Shown here: positions 43,622 through 61,072 of the stretch, one piece after another | Layout: each line of letters begins with the position of its first letter | How positions within the stretch are numbered: position 1 is the stretch's first letter | Origin: the human T2T-CHM13v2.0 reference genome, Homo sapiens | Assembly (NCBI RefSeq): GCF_009914755.1 | Contig: NC_060938.1 | DNA: 64,000 nt | Reading direction: 5' to 3' (one strand) | The notes under the pieces: generated by a model | The model's input: the letters and a program-made list of their open reading frames with translations, nothing else | Database searches by the model: none | What the model was told of the DNA's origin: nothing | Program-made: the position numbers and the translations under genes

Positions 43622-43825
43622 ATAGATGGTTGTCAGATTTAGCAAACAAACAAATAAAGAAAAAAATACAACATAACAATTAAATTTAAATTTCAGATAA
43701 ATGCCAAATAATTTCCTATAAGAAGGCCCCAAATGTTGCAGGGACATACCTATACTAAAAATTATTGGCTGTTTATCTGAGATTCAAATTTAACTGGATG
43801 TCCTGTATGTCATCTAACCTTCCTA
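43622..43825. mobile_element. MER53 palindromic hAT MITE
   Basis: GGTTGTCAGATTTAGCAAA, TTAAATTTAAATTTCAGATAAA / TTTATCTGAGATTCAAATTTAACTGG, GGGACATAC. Confidence 0.8.
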
Positions 43826-43840
43826 TAGTATAAACATCAC

Positions 43841-45707
<1,867 letters not shown>

Positions 45708-46194
45708 TATGGAAGCACACAATCTTCCAAGATTAAGTCAGAAAGAGTTTGAAACCCTGAATAACCAAATGTCAATTTCTGAAACTGGATCAGTAATAAG
45801 AAAGCTCTCAATCAAAAACAAACAAAAAATCCTAGACCAGATAGAGTCACAGCTGAATTTTAACAGACATACAAGAAGAACTGATACCAATCCTACAGAA
45901 ACTAGAGGAGGAGGCTTCTTTACATGTTTCTTGAGAACTGAAACAAGACAAGGATGCCCATCCTCGCCACTCCTATTCGATATAATACTGGAAGTCCTAG
46001 CCAGGGCAATCAGGCAAGAGAAAAAAAGAAAGGTCATTCAAGTAAGAAAAAAAATAAGTCAAACTATCTCTCTTCACTGAGAATGTGTTTCTATACCTAC
46101 AAAACCCTAAAGACTCCACCAAAATGCCCCTAGAACGGATAACTTTAGTAAAGTTTCAGGATACAGAATCAATGTACAAAAATTAGTAGCATTC

Positions 46195-46970
<776 letters not shown>

Positions 46971-49900
46971 TATGTGAAAAATCTCTGCAAGAAGAACTAC
47001 AAAGCACTAATGAAAGAAATCAGAGATGACACAAATAAATGAAAAAGCATTCCATGCTCATGGATTGAAAGAATCAATATTGTAAAAACAGTCATACCAC
47101 CCAAAGTAATTTACAGATCCAATGCTATTCCTATAAAGTCCTATGTTTTTAAAATGTTAAAAGAAAAATATAGCCCACTATATAACTATTAGATTTATAT
47201 ATACGTTATTAGAAATATTTTTAAGGGATCAAATAAAATATGTCACTTAAAGAAATTGCTCTTTAGTTAATCATGAAATTTAACACAAAAACAATGACTT
47301 ATGCTCCAAAAATAGTAAAGCAGAATGAAAGTAATTAATTGGTTAGGAAGTAAAATCAATGAATATATTTTATATTTTATCTTTTCTTTCTGTGTATGAG
47401 AAAGAATAAGTAGGAAAGAGGGAGGGAGAGAGAGAGAGGTTGAACTGATGGAAGGTATGGGGGAATACTGGGAAGATTTTGTAAAATCTGGTTTCATATG
47501 GGAAAACAAACTGTGGTCAAGCACTTAATAAGGGAAAAAATGCCTTTGAATCCCCACACACAGCAATATTGAAGGAAAAGGAAGAATAAATGAGGAGCAA
47601 TGTTGAATTCCAGGCAATGCATGAGGTAGAGAGCCAATTACAGCTTAGTGGCCAAATACTTGTTTTCCTTTAAGCCACTAATACGGAAACACTTTTACAC
47701 ATTATTTTAACCAATAAAAAATTACTGTTGTCTTTAATAACTATCTTTGTAATTTACATATATACATATATATGCATTAAACTGCACATTAAGGGAAACT
47801 TTCAATATTTTATATATGAAATAAGAAAAAATGAATCCAGGGTCAGTTAAAATTTTGTTAGATTCGAATGCCTTCTTACCTTTGACCTGAGTTATTTTAT
47901 TTTGCATAAAGAATCTCCTGCTACCACATGGCCCAGGTTATCCATAGATTAAAGTAGTATCCTGCACCCTGGTAACCTAACTTAGCTAAGTGCAGTTTTA
48001 TCTACACTTGTCTAAAGTGATAAATTTTCCTTAAGTAAACCTCTTCCCACTATCAATCAAATCAAGACCAAATCCCAACCCTGTCTTTCCTAGGACACTT
48101 CACAGTATACCAACCTACCCTGGAGCCTTAGCTCCAGCCACTTCCCCACTTGTAACCCATGAAGCAATCCAGTTGAAATTACTTACAATCTTCTGAAGCC
48201 CTTTACTTTCCTATCCATCTATTGTTGTTCTTGACAGCCTCATCACTTGGACCTTTCTCCCCAGATACTACTTTTTCTTATATAAATTTTACTTTAATTT
48301 TATGGCATAAATTGAATTCCTTTTTAATCACATGGATTATTTCCTGATCAATAACCCAGTTGTTCTCTTTCCCTACTTTTATTTCTCACTTTATTCCTTA
48401 AGATTGTTTAGTGTATTTGCACTGATTCATTGCTGCTTGGTTATTTGGCCTCCCCAGCATAGCATTAAAACCTTTGATAGAAGTGGGCTATGATTTGCTC
48501 ATCCATCTTCAGGACCCTAAGTGTGACTTCGATAGTACCTTGGAATCTAATGGTTCCATAAATATTTGTTTAATCGTATTAGTGAAATCCCAGAATTTTA
48601 TGGTTTCTGATTAATGACTTACATTTTGGGTGATAATTTACTTTCACATTCATATGTTGTCAGGCTTGTCACTTGCCAAAATGAAGTAAGTGAACCACTG
48701 AAACATGACTTCAGTGATTTGAGTCAACAGCTTGTATTAATGAATAATCAAAATGACCAACTAGAATAAAACAGACTAGAAGTGGTTTTGTAATTTTAGG
48801 TGCCTCAACTCCAGCTGAATGCTTATGAAATAATAAACTTCTCAGAATCAGAAAGTAGGATTTAAAGGACTCAACATTCTGTATAACTTTTGAAAGTAGA
48901 AAAGAAATAATTATAGATCACTTTATAGGTTTTTTTTCTGGTTTAGTGGAAACCAGGATAGCTGAGAAATAAAGTCTCAATTTGAGAGATTTAAAAGGTT
49001 TTTATCTTTGCTACTAGAAAGGAAGGAAATGTATTTCTTTAAAATGAAAACTTAGCTGTAGAAGAAACCAAGAAAAATTGCAAAAGGCAGGGAAATTACA
49101 GAATCTACAATTTTGGGTGTTCATTATTTTCCACTACCCCAATTCAATAACCCTAAAATTAGATGACAATAAGAGGTGCTTTCTGTGACAAGCACTTCAG
49201 TTCTTATTAGATTTCCAATAGTCATTTAGATTTGGCATGGCCCCAAAATGACTCAAAACGCTATACCTTCTGTTATTTCCAAAGTCATATAAATGTTTTA
49301 AAACCATTCCTGATATAATGAACTTTTTAAATAGTAGGTGATATCTGTGTCTCCTCCAATAGACCCTGTCATTATATCTTTTTACATATCTTTACATCTT
49401 TATCTGCATTGATGAAGAATAAGGTTATTAGTTTGATAGCAAAACACAATCTAATTCAGAAGACTCATCCTGTTTATCCGAGAAACTATTCTCATAGAAT
49501 CTCAAAATGCCACTCTCACCTGGACATCTTAAAAGCCCGATCTTCCTTCAAAGTCCAGTTTAACTCGCATACTCTTCAAAAAGGCATTTCTCACCTTTTC
49601 ACTCCTTGATCATGACCCCCTAACTTGAACACCTGCTATATGATATTTGTCACTTAACATGACCTGGTAGATTTCATTACTTTTTCTGGTGGTCTGGTCT
49701 TTCTAACCATAAATAAGGTCCTTATAGTCAGGGACTTTTAGCATAGTGCTCCAAGCATAATGGGACACTGTCAATACATCAATAGATGTTAGTGGTTTTA
49801 TTTATTTATTTATTTATTTTTTATTATACTTTAAGTTCTAGGGTACATGTGCACAAAGTGCAGGTTTGTTACATAGGTATACATGCGCCATGTTGGTGTG

Positions 49901-50198
49901 TTGCACCCATTAACTTGTCATTTAACATTAGGTATATCTCCTAATGCTTTCCCTCCCCCCTCCCCCCAACCCACAACAGGCCCCGATATGTGATGTTCCC
50001 CTTCCTGTGTCCATGTGTTCTCATTGTTCAATTCCCACCTATGAGTGGGAAAATGTGGTGTTTGGTTTTTTGTCCTTGCAATAGTATGCTGAGAATGATG
50101 GTTTCCAGCTTCATCCGTGTCCCTACAGAGGACATGAACTCATCATTTTTTATGGCTGCATAGTATTCCATGGTGTATATGTGTCACATTTTCTTAAT

Positions 50199-51674
<1,476 letters not shown>

Positions 51675-51678
51675 AGAT

Positions 51679-52696
51679 GATGGCCAAATAGGAACAGCTC
51701 CAGTCTACAGCTCTCCGTGTGAGCGATGCAGAAGATGGGTGATTTCTGCATTTCCAACTGAGGTATTGGATTCATCTCACTGGGGCTTGTCAGACGGTGG
51801 GGGCAGAACAGTGGGTGCAGCCCTCTGAGCATGAGCCAAAGCAGGGTGAGGCATCACCTCACCCGGGAAGCGCAAGGGGTCAGGGAATTCCCTTTCCTAG
51901 CCAAGGGAAGGGGTGACAGACAACAACACCTGGAAAATAGGGTCACTCCCACCCTAATACTGCACTTTTCCAACGTTCTTAGCAAATGGCACACCAGGGG
52001 ATTATATCCCGTGCCTGGCTGGGAGAGTCCCACACCCAGGGAGCCTCGCTCATTGCTAGCACAGCAGTCTGAGATCGAACTGCAAGGTGGCAGCAAGGCT
52101 GGGGGAGGGGCGCCCGCCATTCCTGAGTCTTGAGTAAGTAAACAAAGCAGCTGCGAAGCTCAAACTGGGTGGAGCCCACCGCAGCTCAAGGAGGCCTGCC
52201 TGCCTCTGTAGACTCCACCTCTGGGGGCAGGGCATAGCCGAACAAAAGGCAGCAGAAACCTCTGCAGACTTAAATGTCCCTGTCTGACAGCTTTGAAGAG
52301 AGTAGTGGTTCTCCCAGCATGGAGTTTGAGATCTGAGAATGGACAAACTACCTCCTCAAGTGGGTCCCTGGGCCCCGAGTAGCCTAACTGGGAGGCACCC
52401 CCCCAGTAGGGGCAGACTGACGCCTCACAGGGCCGGGTACCCCTCGGAGATGAAGCTTCCAGAGGAACGATCAGGCAGCAACATTTGCTGTTCAGCAGTA
52501 TTTGCTGTTCTGCAGCCTCCACTGCTGATACCCAGGCAAACAGGGTCTGGAGTGGACCTCCAGCAAACTCCAACAGACTTGCATCTGAGGGTTCTTACTA
52601 TTAGAAGGAAAGCTAACAAACAGAAAGGACATCCACACCAAAACCCCATCTGTACATCACCATCATCAAAGACCAAAGGTAGATAAAACCACAAAG
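51679..52696 (+). promoter_or_regulatory. L1 5'UTR internal sense promoter (+) and antisense promoter (-)
   Basis: Begins GATGGCCAAATAGGAACAGCTCCAGTCTACAGCTC; about 1020 nt to the ORF1 ATG. Confidence 0.85.
51854..52120 (-). CDS. ORF0: L1 ORF0 homologue (88 aa, open)
   Basis: MAGAPPPALLPPCSSISDCCASNERGSLGVG... matches the primate L1 antisense ORF0p N-terminus; expression unknown. Confidence 0.6.
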   Translation of the reverse strand: MAGAPPPALLPPCSSISDCCASNERGSLGVGLSQPGTGYNPLVCHLLRTLEKCSIRVGVTLFSRCCCLSPLPLARKGNSLTPCASRVR

Positions 52697-53055
52697 ATGG
52701 GGAAAAAACAGAGCAGAAAAGCTGAAAATTCTAAAAATCAGAGCACCTCTCCCCCTCCAAAGGAATGCAGCTCCTTGCCAGCAATGGAACAAAGCTGGAC
52801 AGAGAATGACTTTGACAAGTTGAGAGAAGAAGGCTTCAGACAGTCAAACTTCTCCGAGCTAAAGGAGGAAGTTCAAACCCATTGCAAAGAAGCTAAAAAC
52901 CTTGAAAAAAGATTAGACAAATGGCTAACTAGAATAACCAGCGTAGAGAAGTCCTTAAATGACCTGATGGAGCTGAAAACCATGGCATGAGAACCACGTG
53001 ATGAATGCACAAGCTTCAGTGGCTGATTCGATCAACTGGAAGAAAGGCTGTCAGT
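52697..53055 (+). pseudogene. L1 ORF1 N-terminal fragment with premature stop
   Basis: MGKKQSRKAENSKNQS...LMELKTMA*; truncated at the TSD. Confidence 0.9.
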
Positions 53056-54099
53056 GATGTTAGTGGTTTTAATACAGATGATTATACCTAAGTCTATGGA
53101 ACTCCTGCTTATCCCCTTTCACTGTATCAAACAGGGGGAGAGAGTAGGCAGTCTTAAATTTCTGCGAATGAATAAATAATTTTTCAAACCATATAGACAT
53201 TTGTGAATTCTAAATATAAATACAAGATAACCAGACTCAGATGTCAGTAACCTAACCTATCATTTATCTAAGTGCACTCCTTCAAACAGCAGTCTCAAAA
53301 ACGTGTTCGTTGTAAACATATATTTGAGAAATACAGTGTACTATACCATCTAACCATTTGCAATGCACATTTTCATATTAAAAGTCCTCAGAAATCCAAG
53401 TATGAACACATTTTAAACCCAGCTTTTAACTCATCATTTCCTAAATGTATTGAACCATGTAACCTTACCATCATATCTTAAAACTACCGTTATTTGAATC
53501 TTACTTTGGGAAACAAATTGAAATGGCCCTTTGGAACAGAATCTAACACTTATCTTCTGCAGAAGTGGGTGGTGGATGGGAAGCTGCCCAGCTAAAGATG
53601 TGGAGGCATTTTCTCACAGGACATATCATCAGTCTATTGTCATCTTCCTATACTCTCTAGAAGTACTCGACCTGCAGCATTAATTTCATAGCTGTTTTTT
53701 AAAATAATTAAAAGCTTGGCACACTGCTATTCTCATGAAAGCATATTTTATTTATATTTTATATTATATATATATTTAACAATGATGCTGTGAGCAAGAT
53801 GGCTTTTCTCTCAATGCTAATGTAAGTAAAAAGGCTAAGTGTAGGCTGGCACAAGTTGGAAGAGTTGTTATGAAACAATATTAAAAGTCATTTTGTCACA
53901 AAAAATATAGTTAAGTTTCTGAATGTATTTTCCTATCATCTAATATTTAAGGAAAAATAAAAACATCCCTCTTATATTCAAATATCCAGAATTTATATAT
54001 TTTTATACCAAGTCACATGAGATCTTTGTCTCCTACCTAATTTTTAAAAATAATTATTGTTGCTGTTAGTCATACACCGTAAAGCCAAGGATATGAGTA

Positions 54100-54401
54100 T
54101 GATCGTTGTGAGGGGCCAAGGGCTATTTCCCAGTGTAAATCAAGAAGCTTGTAGTCCTGTTTGCCCTTGGCAACCATGTTGGAACCCTGAGGGAAGCCAC
54201 CCTGAGAATGAAGTAAGCATGACAACTGAAGAGGGAAGATACAAAAATAACAGAATTTTTGCCCTAATAAAATTTTGACTAAGTCTTTCCTGCTTTTGGA
54301 TTTATATTACAGAAGATAATGCATCTTCTTTAAGATTTAGGCCTTTTTAAGTTAGTGTTTTCTGCCACTTACAAAATAAAAACAAAAAAATAAATTGATA
54401 C
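54100..54401 (+). mobile_element. Old MLT1-type MaLR LTR fragment
   Basis: GGCAACCATGTTGG...CCTGAGAATGAAG...TTTTCTGCCACTTACAA...TGATACA. Confidence 0.55.
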
Positions 54402-54660
54402 AGGATCTGGTCCTAAGAGGGGCATCATATAAATAACAATAATATAGAATGAACTGAATACAGTGAAGACATGTCCTACATCCCAGGCTGTGAGGTTGTC
54501 CATCATTGTAATGTGCTTAGGCAGTACTTGCTTCAAATGTTGCCTGGCTCCAGCCAGGTGCTCAGAGAACCTGGCTGAGCAACCTGCCTGCTCAGCCAGG
54601 TTCTCACTGAGGCTTTAGCTCTAGGATACTTACTAGGGAAATTCAGGGTTTTAAAATAGG

Positions 54661-55010
54661 TGTACATCAGTGAGGATGCCAGAAGGAAACAGATGACACA
54701 CTCAGCTGAAATTCTGAGAATTTAATGAAGAGATATTTAACATAAGTATGGACAGGATTAATGGAACCAACTGAGGGTCTGAGACACATCGGTGTTGACA
54801 AGAATGGGAAACCATTAGCCTCCTTGGGTTGCAGGGCTGAAGGGAAGGAAGAGTGTTACCATAGGGCAGAGAAAGTGAAAGCTATGGAGGAACACAATTA
54901 TTGTGGGAACTGCAGCAAACCTGATTCAGAGGAGGGATAGAAATACTCCATCTTCTCCCTCCTCCCATGCTCCAATCCCCAAGAGATTAGTCCTCTTGAT
55001 CAAATCACAA
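54661..55010 (-). mobile_element. Old MLT1 (K/L-like) LTR fragment
   Basis: TGTACATCAG...AGGAAACAGATGACACACTCA...TTTAATGAAGAGA. Confidence 0.55.
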
Positions 55011-55015
55011 CTGAT

Positions 55016-55275
55016 TCTTTTTTACTGATACATAATAGATGTACATAATTTCAGGATACATGTGATAACAATATATGCATACAATTTGTAAAGATCAAAT
55101 TTGTATAATTGGGATATCTGTCACCTTAAATATTTGTCTTTACACTACAAACATTCAAATTATTCTCTTCTAGTTATTTTGAGCTATACAATGGATTATT
55201 GTAAATCATAATACCCTACGAATTTATCAAACACTAGGTCTTATTTTTTCTATCATAGTGCATATGTATACCCCA
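55016..55275 (-). mobile_element. L1MA-type 3' end fragment
   Basis: TTTTTACTGATACATAATAGATGTACATAATTTCAGGATACATGTGATA. Confidence 0.8.
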
Positions 55276-56334
55276 CCAAGATCTACACGACGAAACAAAA
55301 AGTTGGGGATATAAGTGGCTCATTTGAAGACATTTTGGATGATTTTGATCTAAGATTCTTATGTGATAGGTGTGTTGTTGTTGTTTTTGATTTCCCCTTA
55401 AATAAGATTCTAGGTCTGATTATCAGGATAAAATCTTAATGAGTTCTCTTATGGGCTTGTCTCACTTGATTGTCAAATACACACTTGTCACAACTCTGCT
55501 GTTGTGAGGAAACAGAAGTGACATCAGAATGTTGTGTGGCACGTGGAGAAAGGATAGGATTTAAAACAAAATTACTTTGAGGGCACTTCAGAGCACTATC
55601 CCTAGAAGCTAGGGACATGGGACAAAGAACATAGGCAGAGTGTTAGTCTGTAGCAACCAAGGCAGTAAGCTTCTGTGTGTATAGAACTTCATTCTGCCTT
55701 CCTACCTGTCTCCATCCCAGGCTCAGAAAGAAACTTAAACCACTGTGTGGATCAATAACGGTGATCCAGAATGAAGACTAGTCCCCAAGATTAGCATATG
55801 GGAAAAAAAGACCTTACTCATTTAGAACTTTTGAGCTAAATTTTCACCAAAATATTCTAAGAAATAAAAATAGAGAAAAGAGTAACTGGTGGAAATACAT
55901 GGAGAGAAAGTAAAAGAATACATAAAGCAAGATGTTGGTACAAATTAAAATATGGTAGCAAGAAGAAGTGTAAGATTAACACAGACAGATATTTGTGCTT
56001 TGTAAACTGTAATACACTAAATAAATGTGAGTTATTTAAAAATAGTATATGTCAATTTTCCTTCTAATGATTATTTTCATTATATGTCTGATAGTACATG
56101 TCTCCTTGCTATTCCTGTTGGTTGAATAAAATCAAATTTTAAAGTGGGGTTACATCATCTCAGATAATTAAATCCAAAGTTTCCTAATATAAAGTGTATC
56201 CAGAAAACATAAAAATTTTAAAATATTCTCTGAACATCTAGGCCTATTGTTAAAAATAGATCTGTGGAAGCTTGAATACAAAATTTAAATTCCTGAATTT
56301 GAGATTGAAAAGTGACTCCTTAAAGAGATCATCA

Positions 56335-56520
56335 CATTTTCACCACTTAATAGGTGTGTGACATTGGGAAAGCACTTTCTCTGACCTAACTTTTTGTATC
56401 CATAAAATAGAGATAATATTTTCCTGTACTTTTTATGGATGTTATAAAGCTAAATGAATGAACACATATAAGGCAGGTAGAACAGTGCCTGACACAGGTC
56501 TCAATAACTGGTACTGATTG
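56335..56520 (+). mobile_element. MIR
   Basis: CACCACTTAATAGGTGTGTGACATTGGGAAAG...AGAACAGTGCCTGACACA. Confidence 0.75.
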
Positions 56521-58221
56521 TATTCTATGGAAGATTCTCATTGCAAAACAATCACCTCTCAATCATCTGCTCAAATAATGAAGAAACTGCATTGTTAATA
56601 CTATTAAGAATATTTTATATAACTATTAAATAGGTTTCTGTGTTAACAGTTATACCTAAAACGTGAGTGTGAGACTCTGAAACTCCATTACAAACTGAAA
56701 ATAAAACCACACTGGGAAATCTGGTTCAGCAGAATTTGACATTTTCCCCGACTTCTCTCATGCCCCAAACCATTTCCCTTTCAAACTCATGTAAAACTTA
56801 ATCAGTTGCATGTGAAATTAGATTCTTCTTCTAAATATGGTTCTTTAAACTTCACTGGGGTGGAGAAATCATTTAAATAATTTGATTTGCCCTGCATTCC
56901 CCCTCTAGATTCAGCTGTTTTTAAAATCTATTTTACACACTGTCAATAAGAACTGGAAAGCATGATGCCTTCCTGATTTATTGAATGAGGATCCTTGAAT
57001 CATCTGTCTATGCACAGAACTTCAACTCAGTGAGCAGATATGCTCTTTTTAACAAAACCAAAACATGTTTTCAGCGCAGTCCCTGCTTTACAGAAGCCAC
57101 AACTTTATTCCTTCCAGCACTATTTCTACACCCCTATGGTTAAGGTCTGTCACGTTATGTTATAATTGTCTCTTTACTTCCGTGCCTCCTCTATTAGACT
57201 ATAGGTTCTATGAAAGTTTTATTCATTTCTCATTCACATTGCTAAATATTTCCTTTATATGACATTAGTAAATTTTCTATATATATAAATATATATATAA
57301 ATGAATACATGACCACTTTACACATAATTAAAGTGAGAGATGAAATGTATTTGAGAATAAAATTCATATTCCTGATTCTTAAAACTGCCAAAGATTTTGG
57401 ATTATCCTCAGAGACTTGAGGAGGAAGGACTTTTACAATAATTTTACAAAATACATGAAGAAATTTCTTACAAAATATTTTTATATGCTTGGAACCAAGG
57501 GTTAATATAAAACACATATAATGCTAGCATTCACTAGAGGCTCACTTCTCTGTAGCTGCCACGTGCCTAGCCTACATCTCTTAAAATCAAATCCATCCAT
57601 TTTCTAAGTTTCCTTTTTTTTTTCCTATGGCTAAGATTACAATCTATCATTTAGAGAGAATGTGACACCTAGATAAAAGCAAGTATATAAAAAGGAATCG
57701 AAACTGATGCAGAAGGAAAAAAGTACAAATAGGCTGCAGTTCTGTTAGTTAAAATGACATGGTTGGGAGCTGAGAAGATGGCACAGAAAAAAAAAGAAAA
57801 ACTTTTTAGGTCATTTTTATCAAGTGACTTGTATTGTAGGAATGTGAAAACATGTCAAAAATAATCACATTTTCCAGGTTCATTGTTCTAAAATCCTTCC
57901 TCCTTCCTCTCTGATATTTGATATATTTGTTAAAATACTCATGCTTTAGTTTGAAATCAGTTTTACATTTGTTTTAAAGATAATAATATCCAAGCACCTA
58001 CTACTATGTGAAATGTTTAATCACAAACCAGTCAGTCTTTGTATTGTCCTCAAGTCACAATTATCATGTACCTTTAGTACATAGAGTACATATTGCTTTA
58101 CACAGATATACCAAGCAAAAGCATACTTATATGGCAATTGACAAACTAATCTCAAAGTGGTCCCCACTACTGAATGCTGAACGTTTCTCATCTTCTTTCA
58201 TATGTGTGATGAAATAAAGCG

Positions 58222-58332
58222 CAAGAGAATCAGGAGATGCGAGTTATCATCCTGGTTCTGTCACTGGCATCATCAAGTCCCCTTCTCTGGACCAGTTTTC
58301 TCATCTGAAAAATAAAAGAACTTGGACTACCT
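58222..58332 (+). mobile_element. MIR/MIR3 fragment
   Basis: CTTCTCTGGACCAGTTTTCTCATCTGAAAAATAAAAGAACTTGGACTA. Confidence 0.6.
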
Positions 58333-59519
58333 GCTTTTTAATGTCCTTTTCTTCATACTTATATAATTCTTCCTGTTAAGGTCTTATTTTAAAAACAAGA
58401 AATGAAAAGCCTACATCTATGATAAATTCCTTAATGGATATTTTGGAATTTTTTATTAGTTGCAGTTATTTCTGCAATTATTATAGCAAATAAAGTAGAA
58501 TAAGAAGCCTCTTAATATTAATAATGTGTCCAACTATGTTAAATAAAAAATCACTGGGCTAACCTTATTGTACCATTTGTGAGGGGGAAAAAAATAGTAC
58601 AGTTTGGTTTTCCCTGTACTGGAGCTTGTCCTTCTCTTTTGAAGAGAGATGTTTCTTAACTCTCAGCAGCATACGTGCTTGTATAACTTAACAGATGACA
58701 AGGGCAGTTCCCCCGCAATTCTGTGCATTTTTAGCAGTGCAAAATTTTAGTTGGTGGTAATTCTAGGTATGAGAGGTGTTATTTTGTCTTTAGGATACCT
58801 TAACAATAAAAAGAAAGAATGAACCAAAAGTCAGGCATGCTTTCAACTAAACCATTAATGTGTGCTGTTGGCTAGAATTGTACTCAACCCGGGGAAACTT
58901 TATTTACTAATTCCTTAGCATTTGCTTTTATTGCCTTCATGTTTCTAATAATATATTTATTGATGTGTGCCTCATATATTTGGGGGACTTCTTAAAAGAA
59001 GTTTTTGTATCAATGTGTAAGCTGGCCATTTAAAACTGAGATGGTTATGATTTTCATGCAATTTTAAAATCATAACTATGAACCATAATTGCAAAATACA
59101 AGACAGTATATGCTGCAAAAATACAAATGCATTTAGTAGCTCAAAAGGAATAAAAGTTTCAAACCATACAACAGATGAAAAATATATTGTAAAGAAGGAA
59201 GGAAGAAAGAAAGAGAAAGAGGGAGACATGGGGGGAGGGAGGAAGGGGAGAAAGGAAAGGAAGGAGGGAAAGAGGAAGGCATCATATCTTAGGCATATGC
59301 TAGGCACTGAATAAATGTCAGTTAATCTTTCTCTGCTAGTTTGAAATATATGAAATTAGGGATATTATTTTTATCTGCAAAAATCCCCACAATTTTCATA
59401 TGGTTCAACTTAGCATATTCAAAATTATTTTTTCAAGATTTGTCTTTGTTAACAGACTAGTGGTGAAAGAGTCAAGTGCAAGGCAATGTCCTCTGGAATA
59501 GACAATGCTGACAAGTCAG

Positions 59520-60075
59520 GCTTTCTTAGATGGCCAGTTCTGTCCTCTTCAGTCCACCAACCAGGTAGGGCATCTTCTCTACTAATGGCCAGAAGCATAC
59601 AAGTAGCTGTTTTTCACAAGGTGTATAATTGTTCACTGCAAAAGGGATGCCCTTGCTTTAAAACCTTTGCCATCTGTGTTGTGATTTGTCCTTTGGGACA
59701 TATAAAACCTATATGCCATGCTTCCACCACTGATACATCTAATACCATGGGGTTTACCAGAACATATAGACAAAGTGGCAAGCCTCCAAAATTTAGACCT
59801 GATGCAGAGCCTATTACTGAGCCCCAAATAGCAGCATTTTATGACATCAATATGTAAATCAGAATAACATTCAAATGTGCAGACTATGATACTTCTAATT
59901 CCAGTGAGGCTCACCTAGCATTTTGCCTCCTTTTACCTGATAGATGATGTAAGGTGTAATAATTTGTCCTTTATTTTGGATAAATTCCATGATGCCTAAT
60001 GTTGGTTGGGTCCCTCATAATTTCAGCTGTGCATGGTTTATAACATTTGAAGGGGTTCTTTAGGATTTAGAGGAG
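59520..60075 (-). mobile_element. Degenerate ERV-L internal pol fragment (RT-connection/RNase H region)
   Basis: Minus-strand translation AVNNYTPCEKQLLVCFWP (ERV-L NY.PFEKQLLACYWAL motif) and PMVLDVSV. Confidence 0.7.
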
Positions 60076-60681
60076 AAAAAAATCTGATGATTTCAGAAAC
60101 TAAATAAAACTTTTAGTGCATAAATATATTTTATAACTTTTTATAATTAGTTATAAAATGTCTAAATTAACAGTTAAGTAAATATATGTACATATTAATG
60201 TGGGCAACTTCATATCTAAGTATAAATTTTATATAAAATATATAGGTATAAATATATACATATATAAAATATAAATGTATAATTAATTATGTTTGTGCTT
60301 AAAGAAATTGTTATATGTATATAATTACTTAGACACATGTTTTTATTTTTATTTTCAAATTGTCTACCTTAATCTATAATAATTAAGAATATTTAAGCAG
60401 AGATACATAATATTATTAAATATAATTTTTACATTAAATGAGGGTCAGAAAAATATGAATAAGAAGCTCTTTTGAGCTCAAAAATATTAAGAAAAAAGCA
60501 TAAAGACAAGCCACAGGTTTCTACTATAACAAGCAAAAAAAAGAAAAAAACATATGTTGTCCCTCCAGAGAATTACACAACTTTGTAAGAAAATTGTTTG
60601 CAAGATCATAGTCTTTGTCCCCATTTTTGGCCTCCCTTTCTTTTTACACCCAAGGCGAGAATAATACCCCTAGACCAATGA

Positions 60682-61072
<391 letters not shown>

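Noticed and set aside
57530-57546. CTCF-like TCACTAGAGGCTCA
   Set aside because: Deviates at several core positions
60100-60440. Extremely AT-rich stretch
   Set aside because: Low complexity with no periodic structure identified
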